This document shows, piece by piece, positions 8,262 to 16,904 of a DNA stretch of 27,860 nt (the stretch's first letter is position 1; the number at the start of each line of letters is the position of its first letter). The DNA is taken from IMG/VR virus record IMGVR_UViG_2547132277_000001; one strand, given 5' to 3'. The translations under genes were made by a program, and so were the position numbers. The notes below the pieces were generated by a model that worked only from the letters and a program-made list of their open reading frames with translations, searched no databases and was not told the DNA's origin. This DNA is from a virus (taxonomy: Duplodnaviria > Heunggongvirae > Uroviricota > Caudoviricetes).

Positions 8262-10484
8262 TTGGCTGTTCAATTCGCTTATCCGTGGAACGTCCCACGG
8301 TCGGCAATCTCCAGCCCATACCTTACTTATGAGCAACAGCATCGCCGCGAACGTATGTTCGCGGCTTTGCTGCATGCAAAAAAGGTGCTTTCTCTCCAGC
8401 CCGACTGCGTGCGGTTAGATGTTTATCGCACTGCTGCGGTGCTGGAACAAAATCAGGGTAGTCAACGAGCCAATGCATTTTTAATCAACTTCTGCAAAAA
8501 GGCATTGCCGCGTCTTGAACTGGTCGCAAAAAAATACGAATGTGCTGGTATCAACAGCAAGGTATCAACCGCTGTTTTTGGAAGTCATTTTGATACTCAG
8601 CAAATGCAATATCTGTCGTCACGCATGGTTAATATGGTCGCCCGATATAACCGTCTCCCGGATATGTCGCGCGCTGATGTTGACCTGTTGGCCGCTGATA
8701 TTGCTAATTTCATTCGTGGTGAACTTGCCAACATTAATGACCGCGGATTCGGCGAGCTTAAAACGCTGTACACCTGGTATATTCGTGCTGGCTTTATTTC
8801 CCTCCAATTTAACGTTATCCCACCACATTGGGAGCGGGTTGAAAAAAAATATGTCGGTGCGGATGAAATCGCACCGGCTATCGCCAAAATGTTTAACGAT
8901 GGGTGGTGGCGCGGTCGTTTGCGCCGTGTTGCAGCTACGTGGCGCGAACACCTGCAAATTGCAGTCGGCAACGTCAGTAAGAAAAAAAACACTTACGCGA
9001 GTAAAAACTGCGTGACTGACTGGCGTGAACAAAAGCGCCGCACTCGTGAATTTCTCAAAGGTCTGGATCTCGAAGACGAAGACGGCAACCGTATCAGCCT
9101 GATTGAAAAATATGATGGCTCAGTTGCTAACCCTGCGATTCGCCGCTGTGAGCTCATGACCCGCATTCGTGGGTTTGAAAACATCTGTAATGAGCTCGGT
9201 TATGTCGGTGAGTTTTACACTCTAACCGCGCCGTCAAAATATCACGCCACGACTAAAGCCGGTTACCGTAACAGCAAATGGAGCGGTGCCAGCCCGGCTG
9301 ACACGCAAAACTATCTAACCGGTATCTGGGCGCGTATCCGTGCCAAACTACATCGGGAAGATGTCCGTATTTTCGGTATTCGTGTCGCCGAGCCTCATCA
9401 CGACGGCACTCCACACTGGCACATGCTGATGTTCATGCTGCCGGAAGATGTTGAATATGTTCGCTCCATCGTCCGTAAATACGCATGGAAAGAAGACCGC
9501 CACGAACTGAAAAGCGATAAATCCAAAAAAGCACGTTTCCACGCCGAGTCCATTGACCCGGAGAAAGGCAGCGCAACCGGCTATGTTGCTAAATACATTT
9601 CAAAAAATATCGACGGTTATGCTCTCGATGGTGAAACCGATGATGAAAGCGGTGAGCTGCTGAAAGAGACAGCCCCCGCCGTTTCAGCATGGGCTGCGCG
9701 CTGGCACATCCGTCAGTTTCAGTTTATCGGTGGTGCGCCGGTGACGGTTTACCGTGAGTTGCGTCGCCTCGCTGATACCGAAACCGCGCACGGACTGAGC
9801 GTTGAGTTTGCCGCCGTCTATGATGCCGCCGACGCTGGTGACTGGGCTGGTTATGTTAATGCTCAGGGTGGGCCGTTTGTCCGTCGCGATGATTTACAGG
9901 TGCGCACACTGTATGAACCGCGTACCGAGCTTAATCAGTACGGTGAGGAAACGGTATGTATTAAGGGAGTCTACGATTCCTCCATAGGTGCAGGGAGTCC
10001 GATTTTAACCCGGCTCACTCAGTGGAAGATTGTTCCGAAGCGTGCTGTTGATTTGGCCGTTGACCTTCAGGACGGCAAAGCCGTCCCTCGGAGTTCTGTC
10101 AATAACTGTACGGGAAGCGAAAGCGATCCACCGATACTGGATTTAACAAAACCACTGAGTCGGCGTGAAAGACGAGAATTGACCAACCGACTCAGGAAGC
10201 AAAAGCCAGCAGCACGGCGAAAATTCATCCACGGAACGGATGAGCAAAACGCAGCTATAGCTAAAACTATCGATGAGATACATCTGACAACCGGCATTAA
10301 TATCAGCCGGGGCGAAGCCCTGCACCTGATGGCCGGTGGTAAAAGTTGTTTTGATGGTAAATGGCTACGCGGAACGGCCAAAGGAGAAATATTTTCCGCA
10401 GCACCATCGCATGAGGCTAAAGCTCGGAAAATCCTTAATCGTGTTGCGGCGATGGCTGAAGCATCAAAACCAATACATGAGTAA
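8262..10484 (+). CDS. A: replication initiation endonuclease (P2 gene A family, rolling-circle)
   Basis: 740-aa ORF with the conserved EPHHDGTPHWHMLMF and GYVAKYISKNIDGYALDG motifs of P2 gpA. Start is a TTG at 8262 preceded by a GGGGGG RBS; the first in-frame ATG is 31 codons downstream, so the start is uncertain. Confidence 0.85.
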   Translation: MAVQFAYPWNVPRSAISSPYLTYEQQHRRERMFAALLHAKKVLSLQPDCVRLDVYRTAAVLEQNQGSQRANAFLINFCKKALPRLELVAKKYECAGINSKVSTAVFGSHFDTQQMQYLSSRMVNMVARYNRLPDMSRADVDLLAADIANFIRGELANINDRGFGELKTLYTWYIRAGFISLQFNVIPPHWERVEKKYVGADEIAPAIAKMFNDGWWRGRLRRVAATWREHLQIAVGNVSKKKNTYASKNCVTDWREQKRRTREFLKGLDLEDEDGNRISLIEKYDGSVANPAIRRCELMTRIRGFENICNELGYVGEFYTLTAPSKYHATTKAGYRNSKWSGASPADTQNYLTGIWARIRAKLHREDVRIFGIRVAEPHHDGTPHWHMLMFMLPEDVEYVRSIVRKYAWKEDRHELKSDKSKKARFHAESIDPEKGSATGYVAKYISKNIDGYALDGETDDESGELLKETAPAVSAWAARWHIRQFQFIGGAPVTVYRELRRLADTETAHGLSVEFAAVYDAADAGDWAGYVNAQGGPFVRRDDLQVRTLYEPRTELNQYGEETVCIKGVYDSSIGAGSPILTRLTQWKIVPKRAVDLAVDLQDGKAVPRSSVNNCTGSESDPPILDLTKPLSRRERRELTNRLRKQKPAARRKFIHGTDEQNAAIAKTIDEIHLTTGINISRGEALHLMAGGKSCFDGKWLRGTAKGEIFSAAPSHEAKARKILNRVAAMAEASKPIHE

Positions 10485-10544
10485 TTCATATCCATATCAT
10501 GCACATACAGCAATCGCTCTATTCGTTTTTTTCTTCCCATCTTT

Positions 10545-10577
10545 TGCCAATACGTGCTACTGTATAAATATACAGTA
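10545..10577 (+). promoter_or_regulatory. LexA-repressed (SOS) promoter: -35 TTGCCA, -10 TATACA, overlapping LexA box
   Basis: TACTGTATAAATATACAGTA (10558-10577) is a perfect CTGT-N8-ACAG SOS box overlapping a sigma70-like promoter directly upstream of ORF 10597. Confidence 0.75.
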
Positions 10578-10596
10578 ACCCTGTGGGAGGGATTTC

Positions 10597-10779
10597 ATGG
10601 TTGGCGAACATTTCAGCCGAACGCAGCAAAAGTGGGCTTGTGTGCAATTTATTGCCGAGGTATCTCTGATTGCAAACTGCAAGCCATCAGACTTAAAGCT
10701 CGCGCTCACTCTCATTGCAGACCTAGCAAACAGCGAGAATAACGAAACCGAAGATGATAATTTTTATAAGGCTGATTAG
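10597..10779 (+). CDS. SOS-controlled small protein, candidate Tum-like antirepressor N-terminal module
   Basis: GGGAGG RBS. 60-aa ORF immediately downstream of the LexA box. In 186 the LexA-controlled gene at this position is the tum antirepressor. Confidence 0.5.
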   Translation: MVGEHFSRTQQKWACVQFIAEVSLIANCKPSDLKLALTLIADLANSENNETEDDNFYKAD

Positions 10780-10782
10780 ATT

Positions 10783-11016
10783 ATGAGAATCAATATCACG
10801 TTGGATAAAGAGCAAAAAATTAGTCAGGCAACATTGGATGCACTTGAGGCTGAACTGTACCGCAATCTTCAACCTATTTACCCAAAGACTGCTATCCGAA
10901 TTCGCAAGGGCTCCGCTAATGGCGTTGAACTAAGCGGTTTGAAACTGGACGAAGATAAAAAACGAGTAATGGAAATCATGCAGCAGGTATGGGAGGACGA
11001 TAGCTGGCTGCATTAA
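10783..11016 (+). CDS. DinI-family protein
   Basis: MRINITLDKEQKISQATLDALEAELYRNLQPIYP...VMEIMQQVWEDDSWLH aligns by eye with E. coli DinI (MRIEVTIAKT...ALAGELSRRIQ...ISEILQETWE). Confidence 0.85.
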   Translation: MRINITLDKEQKISQATLDALEAELYRNLQPIYPKTAIRIRKGSANGVELSGLKLDEDKKRVMEIMQQVWEDDSWLH

Positions 11017-11149
11017 CAAACGCCGCCGGAGCTGAAACTCGCTTTCAGGTCTGGCGGGGTTGAACAACGAGCTACGCGAGGCGTTAGCCGGTCATAGCGT
11101 CGCAAATACTTCAACCGTCTGCTGGTTAAATAATTCGAGGTTTTTGGAC

Positions 11150-11344
11150 ATGCAAAATCCCCTTTCATCGAAAAATGACCCGTTTGCCGATTGGGCAAAG
11201 AATCTGACTTTAATGGCTTTAAATAACGACCTGAGCTCTCGCGAGGTGGAAAGCTACACCGCAAAAATGGTCGGGCAGGCCGGTAAAGATGAGCTATCAG
11301 TCGTTATCAAACACCTGTTAAATCACATCAGAATGCGCAAATAA
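11150..11344 (+). CDS. hypothetical protein
   Basis: GAGG RBS then ATG 11150, 64 aa. The ORF track begins this frame at a TTG at 11060, which I consider less likely. Confidence 0.4.
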   Translation: MQNPLSSKNDPFADWAKNLTLMALNNDLSSREVESYTAKMVGQAGKDELSVVIKHLLNHIRMRK

Positions 11345-11360
11345 GAGGAACTATATAAAT

Positions 11361-11462
11361 ATGTTATCTCTCGTTTATGAAAATCCGTGGACGACGATTT
11401 TTCTGATGATTGTTGCCAGCATGTGCCTCAACAGTGTTATTGGCGCATTGCGCGGCCATTAA
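11361..11462 (+). CDS. 33-aa hydrophobic peptide (predicted single TM helix)
   Basis: Strong RBS AAGAGGA 11 nt upstream of ATG. MLSLVYENPWTTIFLMIVASMCLNSVIGALRGH. Followed within 20 nt by a canonical terminator. Confidence 0.35.
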   Translation: MLSLVYENPWTTIFLMIVASMCLNSVIGALRGH

Positions 11463-11480
11463 TCGCGACAAAACCAGACT

Positions 11481-11511
11481 AAAACCGGCACCCTGAATGC
11501 CGGTTTTTTTA
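11481..11511 (+). terminator. rho-independent terminator
   Basis: ACCGGCA-CCCTGAA-TGCCGGT stem-loop followed by TTTTTTT. Confidence 0.7.
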
Positions 11512-11670
11512 TGCCATTTTTCCGCGAATTTCCCGTTTTTTAGTCGTGCATGCATCAGGTGCATGGTTTTGCATGCGTCAGTCTTGCCCGTTCTGTCCGT
11601 GCGCCGCCAGAGCTAGCGCGGATCCAGAGTTGTCATGCAACTGCATTAAAACCGCCCCATAAAGCGGGCA

Positions 11671-11689
11671 GGCGTGGCGGGGAAAGCAT
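11671..11689. other. phage cos site (19-nt cohesive-end sequence of the P2/186 family)
   Basis: GGCGTGGCGGGGAAAGCAT closely matches the P2 cohesive end GGCGAGGCGGGGAAAGCAC as I remember it. It lies between the early/replication block and the portal-terminase genes, where cos sits in P2-type prophages. Confidence 0.7.
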
Positions 11690-11908
11690 TGCGCGCCAGC
11701 AGTGATGCGTAATAATAAAAATTATCCTCTGAGCGCGTCGTGATGGCGCTGTCGTGGTCGCTGCTGGTTCGTTGGTGGTCGAGTGTGTTCGTGCGCGTGA
11801 GACGCATCTGATGCGTGATGGTGGTGTGCATGGAAAAGCCACCAGGAGCAGCGGCTTTACAGGAGTGGCAGGATTCAAACTGCTAATTATGTTTCTACTA
11901 TGATTAAA

Positions 11909-12913
11909 CTAATTTACATGTATGTAGAGTTCACCGTCGCCAGACCAATCGGGACACTCTAAAACAAGCCCAAACTGCTTGAATATTTCATCAATGATTA
12001 TTGTTATCTCCCGAAAATCACCAAAACCTGTAATGTGCTGGTCATTAAACTTCCCATAAAGATTCTGAAAAGCAATGCCTAATTCTGATAATTGATATCT
12101 TATCTTTGAGTTGGATAGTGTAAGGGATAGCTTTGGATCGTATTCTTTAATATTGATGTTTAGAGAATGGACATAACCCATCGCATAAGCATAAGAGTTG
12201 ATGATTAGCCTGATACGTTTTTTTACTTCAAGATACATGTCATTCAGAGAAAGATTACCGTACTTATAACCCCAGATGAGTTTTTCAATCTCGTCAGATA
12301 CTTCATTTACAACAGTGTCAAGATTCTCTAAAAATAAATCGATAGTTTCTTGAGGGGCAGACCCCGAAGACATGTAATTAGCGAGATATTCAGACCATGC
12401 ACGCGTGGCTGAGATAAGAAGCGCGCTACCATACTCGTTGACTGTAAAGTTTTGGGCTAAGCATGTTAGTAAGTTTTTTCATGTACGTGCACTAATTCAT
12501 GGTGAATGCGATGGATGACTGCGAGGTATCCTTCTTCTTTCAGTTTTAAGAAGCTACCATCATTGAAAAGCTCAACAAAAAAAATCAATCGATAGCACAA
12601 GGGTATATTCTTCATATAGCCCATCATTGCCAATTTTTGTTACTAACTGCCCGACGGCTGCGCCCTGTTTGCTATTGGTAAATGAACTAGGGGATTTGTG
12701 TTGGTAAGAGGATGTTACCTTTTGAAGAGCTTCACTGAAGTTATAGGAAACAATCACGCATTTTAATTTGGAGATATCAAGATTGAGATTCTTTGTTAAA
12801 GCTCGGATAGCTTCTAGTGTGAAATTACCGATATTATTTGCTTCTTGCTCAGTAGCGAAACCTTCGAGGGTTATTTTAAAATCAGTTTCCAAAATATTAA
12901 TCTCCGCGCCCAT
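11909..12913 (-). pseudogene. AT-rich cargo gene of unknown function, apparently one ~325-aa ORF interrupted by two frameshifts at homopolymer tracts
   Basis: Minus-strand ORFs 12913-12572 and 12373-11909 are in the same frame. The 198-bp gap between them is open in the -1 frame (FFVELFNDGSFLKLKEEGYLAVIHRIHHELVHVHEKTY) and then again in the original frame (KNLLTCLAQNFTVNEYGSALLISATRAWSEYLANYM-). The frame switches coincide with a T8 run (plus 12577-12584) and an A6 run (plus 12474-12479). Confidence 0.5.
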
Positions 12914-12990
12914 TGTTTTGATATTCGATGCACTATAGCTTTCGCAGATTGCATCTTCAATAATGAGCGCAGAGATTGTGGCGGCCTAAG

Positions 12991-14037
12991 TTATTCTGGG
13001 TTGTCGAGGGTGTACTCTTTGAATCTGATGACCTCCATGCCGAGCCAGTCATTTACCTCCCTGAACCTGTCCTGTAGCGGCGACAGCTCGTTGCGCACAA
13101 ATACCTTTGCCACCTTCTCAACATCACCGAGTGAACCGATATTCTCGGGCTTGCCGCCCATGAGCTGGAACGGTACGCGGTGCGCGTCCATCAGATCGGC
13201 GGCACTGGCCTTCTTGATGTTGAAAAAGTCATCCTTTGTGGCGACCTCGCTCAGTGGCACGATTTTGATGCCGTCCGGTTTTCCGCCGGGAGCGTAGAAA
13301 AACAGGTTCTTAAAGTTGCCGAGCCCTTTTGAGTTGCGCATCGCCTCGCGCAGCGATTCGACGTCGGTCGCGCTCTGCGCCGGGTCAGTCACATACATGA
13401 TGTAGCCTGCGTGCGCGCCGTTCTGATAATACTTGCGGCGGAACAGCGTCGCGGATTCATTCAGCCAAGCGGAATTAAGCGCGCTGAGATATTCCGGCAG
13501 ACCGTAAATCTCCTGATTAATGTCGGGCTCCAGCAGGTGAAACACGGTATCAGGCGCGAACTCGTGCGGCTGGGTGAAGTTTTCCACAAACCAGAAAATC
13601 GAATCGTCGACTCCGCGTCGGGTGTATTTGGCTGGCGAGGCCAGCAGTTTGATTAACTGGCCGGTGACGCTGTGGCGCTGCTCAAGAAAGGCGTTACCGA
13701 ACACCAGATAATCGAGCGCAAAGCGGCTGAAATCCTGACGGGATAACAACGGGTGCGGAATGTAGGTGCTCGCGAGCACGTTACGCTTAACATAAATTGG
13801 CGAGCTGTGATGCACGGCAGAGCGCAGGCTCTTTGCCAGCCCTGAGAAGCTGACCGGCGGCTCGTACCATTTGCCGTTACTGATGCACTCGACGTAATCC
13901 AGAATGTCGCGCTTATCGAGTACCGGCACCGGCTCGCCGAAGGTGAACGCTGTCGTTTTTGGCGGTGCGCTGGCGGTCAGTTGTTGTGGTTTGCTGGCCT
14001 TTTGTGCGTTGGCTTTACGGGATTTTTGTTTACCCAT
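12991..14037 (-). CDS. Q: portal protein (P2 gpQ family)
   Basis: 348-aa ORF in the conserved position and orientation next to the terminase large subunit. Size and order match P2 Q. Confidence 0.85.
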   Translation of the reverse strand: MGKQKSRKANAQKASKPQQLTASAPPKTTAFTFGEPVPVLDKRDILDYVECISNGKWYEPPVSFSGLAKSLRSAVHHSSPIYVKRNVLASTYIPHPLLSRQDFSRFALDYLVFGNAFLEQRHSVTGQLIKLLASPAKYTRRGVDDSIFWFVENFTQPHEFAPDTVFHLLEPDINQEIYGLPEYLSALNSAWLNESATLFRRKYYQNGAHAGYIMYVTDPAQSATDVESLREAMRNSKGLGNFKNLFFYAPGGKPDGIKIVPLSEVATKDDFFNIKKASAADLMDAHRVPFQLMGGKPENIGSLGDVEKVAKVFVRNELSPLQDRFREVNDWLGMEVIRFKEYTLDNPE

Positions 14038-14038
14038 T

Positions 14039-15808
14039 TTAGTTGAACTCCAGAATAGATTTAGGCTGCATGCCGCTACCGGCAGAAAGCGGTTCGTTTA
14101 ACAGGGCGTGCATGGTCGCCCATGCGATATCGGCGTGGCTGGCTTCCTCGGTGCGGCTGGCCTCATAGGTGGCGCAGCGCCCGCTGCTGGTCATGGTTTT
14201 GCGGATGGACATAAACGACTGCGTGACGTCGGTTGCTCCGGCGTCGTACTCCAGACAGCCACGGCGAATGGTGTCTTTCGCCTTGAGTACCATTGCGGTT
14301 TTCATTTCAGGTGTGTAACGGATGCCGCGTGCCGCCGGGTAAAATGAGCGCACCAGCTGGAACACGCCGAGACCGAGGCCGGTTGCGTCAATGCCGATGT
14401 ATTCGACGTTGTATTTCTCGGTCAGCTTGCGGATGCCCTCTGCCTGTGCTGCAAAATCCATGCCCTTCCACTGGTGGCGCTCCAGCATGCGGAACTTGCC
14501 ACCAGAGACCACCGGCGGCGCGAGCACGACGCACCCGGCACTGTCGCCGGTGTGTGACGGGTCGTAGCCAATCCAGACAGGACGAGAGCCGAACGGATGG
14601 TCGGCGAACGGGGCAAAGTCCTCCCATTCCTCCATCACATCGACCATGCAGCGCTGCAGCTCCTCGAACGGGAATACCGACGCTTTATCGTCGACAAACT
14701 CGCACATAAACAGGTTCTTAAAGTCCTCATCACTGTTTTCGCGTTTGAGCTGGTCGAGGTCGAACAGGGTGCAGCCACCCGCAAGGGCGTCCTCAATGGT
14801 GACAATCTGCCGCCACTGGCCATCGTCGCAGAGCTGGCCACCGGCGAGCGCGCTGTGACTGATGTCGATTTCGATGCGGTCGGCAATCCGGCTGCGCCCC
14901 TTGTTGAACAGCTCGCCAGACCAGAAGGGGTAAGCGCCGTGCGCCAGCGTGGAAGGTGTTGAAAAATAGGTCGAGCGCAGGTGCTTTTGCGAGGCCATGC
15001 CCGAGGCGACTTTGCGCAGTTTCTGAAAATTCGGGATCCAGAATATTTCATCGACATACAGATCGCCGTTATGGCTCTGCGCGGTGTTGGAATTGGTACC
15101 GAGAAAAATCAGTTTTGCGCCGTTGTTACCGATGACAATCGGGTCGCCAGTCAGGTCAACGTCGACCAGTCGCGCAAACTGGATGATGTATTCGCGGAAC
15201 ACGTAAGCCTGCGTTTTACTGGCTGATAAAAATATCTGGTTATGGCCGGTTTTGAGTGCGCGCAGCAGTGCCTCGCGGGAGAAATAGAATGTCGCGCCAA
15301 TCTGGCGGGATTTGAGAATGTCACGAATACGGTGCTCCAGTCCTGCGCGGTACCACTGCAACTGGTACTCGAAAGACTGGTCGAAAAATAATTCCTCTAG
15401 TTTATCGATAGCCTCGTCGCTGAAAAAATTCTTTTTCGGCTTTTTGCGCTCCCCTTTGTTGCGGTTGGCGACGTTGGGGTTAAGGTCGGCTTCGTTGCCG
15501 GTCTGGCTGTAGCGGTTGACTCGCGCCAACCGTTCAATCTGCCGTCCGAGTAGGTCAATCTCTTTGAAATCACCCCCTGTCTTTTGCGGCTTGGCGATGA
15601 GCTGAATCAGCCTGGCCTCAAGGCTGCTTTCAACGCGGGAAATCGGCGCGATGCCGTCCCAGCCGTCGCGCTGCTTCCAGCTCTGCACGGTCGGGCGCTT
15701 GACCTGCAGCATTTCGGCAATCTGTGGCACGGAAAAACCCTGCCAGTAAAGCAGCGATGCCTGCCGTCGCGGGTCATGCAACAAGGTTGTATCGGTGGAA
15801 TTGGTCAT
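14039..15808 (-). CDS. P: terminase large (ATPase) subunit (P2 gpP family)
   Basis: 589-aa ORF with N-terminal HTH-like region (GFSVPQIAEMLQVKRPTVQSWKQRDGW) and terminase ATPase/nuclease body. Divergent from the O-N-M-L operon as in P2. Confidence 0.9.
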   Translation of the reverse strand: MTNSTDTTLLHDPRRQASLLYWQGFSVPQIAEMLQVKRPTVQSWKQRDGWDGIAPISRVESSLEARLIQLIAKPQKTGGDFKEIDLLGRQIERLARVNRYSQTGNEADLNPNVANRNKGERKKPKKNFFSDEAIDKLEELFFDQSFEYQLQWYRAGLEHRIRDILKSRQIGATFYFSREALLRALKTGHNQIFLSASKTQAYVFREYIIQFARLVDVDLTGDPIVIGNNGAKLIFLGTNSNTAQSHNGDLYVDEIFWIPNFQKLRKVASGMASQKHLRSTYFSTPSTLAHGAYPFWSGELFNKGRSRIADRIEIDISHSALAGGQLCDDGQWRQIVTIEDALAGGCTLFDLDQLKRENSDEDFKNLFMCEFVDDKASVFPFEELQRCMVDVMEEWEDFAPFADHPFGSRPVWIGYDPSHTGDSAGCVVLAPPVVSGGKFRMLERHQWKGMDFAAQAEGIRKLTEKYNVEYIGIDATGLGLGVFQLVRSFYPAARGIRYTPEMKTAMVLKAKDTIRRGCLEYDAGATDVTQSFMSIRKTMTSSGRCATYEASRTEEASHADIAWATMHALLNEPLSAGSGMQPKSILEFN

Positions 15809-15973
15809 TGATGCCTCGCCGTAGTGGATTCAGGGCAAGGCTACTTAATGGCCGTCAGTGATTCGCTAAGGTGCTGTTGTGTGGGCGGTTGTCCAGTCGT
15901 CATTGGTGGTCTGGCGTGTCCTGAGTCTGGAAACTGGCGGTGACCAGTAACCTCAACCTCAGGACTCCTGACA

Positions 15974-16828
15974 ATGGCAAAAAAAGTCTCAAAATTCTTT
16001 CGCATCGGCGTCGAGGGTGACACCTGCGACGGCCGCATTATCAGCGGCAACGATATTCAGGAAATGGCCGAATCGTTTGACCCTCGCGTCTACGGTTGCC
16101 GCATTAACCTTGAGCATATTCGCGGTCTCTTTCCTGATGGCGACTTCAAACGCTTAGGCGATGTGGTTGAACTGAAAGCTGAAATAATTGACGACGATTC
16201 TGCGCTTAACGGCAAATGGGCGTTGTTCGCCAGAATCACCCCAACCGACGACCTGATTGCGATGAATAAAAAATTGCAGAAGGTCTACACCTCAATGGAA
16301 ATTCAGCCGAATTTTGCCAATACCGGCAAATGCTACCTCGTCGGCCTTGCTGTCACCGATGACCCGGCGAGCCTCGGCACTGAATACCTCGAATTCTGCC
16401 GCAACGCGAAGCACAACCCTCTGCAGCGCTTTAAGGCCAACCCTGAAAACGTCTTTTCCGCTGCCACGCTGGCCGAACTGGAATTTGAAGACGTTCCCGA
16501 TACGGTGCTAAACAGCCTGGCAGATAAGGTGAAAGCCATTTTCAGCCGTAAGCAGGTCAGCGACGATGCGCGCCTGAATGATGTGCATGAAGCGGTGACC
16601 ACCGTCAGCGAGCATGTGCAGACCAACCTCACTGCGCAGGATAAGCGTCTTTCCGCTATGGAAGCCGCGCTTACCACCTTTAAACAGGAACTGACCGGCA
16701 AGATTGAAGAAACCAGCCAGGCATTTTCCGCCCTGAAAGCCACCCTCGACAAAACCGAAAGTTTCAGCCAGCCGCGACGCACGAAAGCCAGCGGCGGTGG
16801 TGGCGATGAGCTGCTGACCGACTGCTGA
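15974..16828 (+). CDS. O: capsid scaffolding protein (P2 gpO)
   Basis: MAKKVSKFFRIGVEGDTCDGRIISGNDIQEMAESFDPRVYGCRINLEHIRG... is near-identical by eye to P2 gpO. Confidence 0.9.
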   Translation: MAKKVSKFFRIGVEGDTCDGRIISGNDIQEMAESFDPRVYGCRINLEHIRGLFPDGDFKRLGDVVELKAEIIDDDSALNGKWALFARITPTDDLIAMNKKLQKVYTSMEIQPNFANTGKCYLVGLAVTDDPASLGTEYLEFCRNAKHNPLQRFKANPENVFSAATLAELEFEDVPDTVLNSLADKVKAIFSRKQVSDDARLNDVHEAVTTVSEHVQTNLTAQDKRLSAMEAALTTFKQELTGKIEETSQAFSALKATLDKTESFSQPRRTKASGGGGDELLTDC

Positions 16829-16904
16829 TAAACCGCAGACCAGAAACCGGGCGGTAACTCCGCCCGATGCAGTGACTAACCGATAAATTCAAACAGGAAA
16901 TACT

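Noticed and set aside
8515-9184. Several 60-170 aa ORFs on both strands inside replication gene A
   Set aside because: Alternative frames of a long, well-supported CDS; no RBS or conservation signals.
14108-15226. Cluster of GC-rich ORFs (Arg/Pro/Ala-rich translations) overlapping the terminase gene
   Set aside because: Typical out-of-frame artefacts of high-GC coding sequence; they overlap P, which has a clear terminase signature.
15809-15973. P2 late promoter with an Ogr/Delta activator site (TGT-N12-ACA) between the divergent P and O genes
   Set aside because: The interval is in the right place, but I could not find a clean TGT-N12-ACA dyad at a sensible distance from either start, so no site was annotated.
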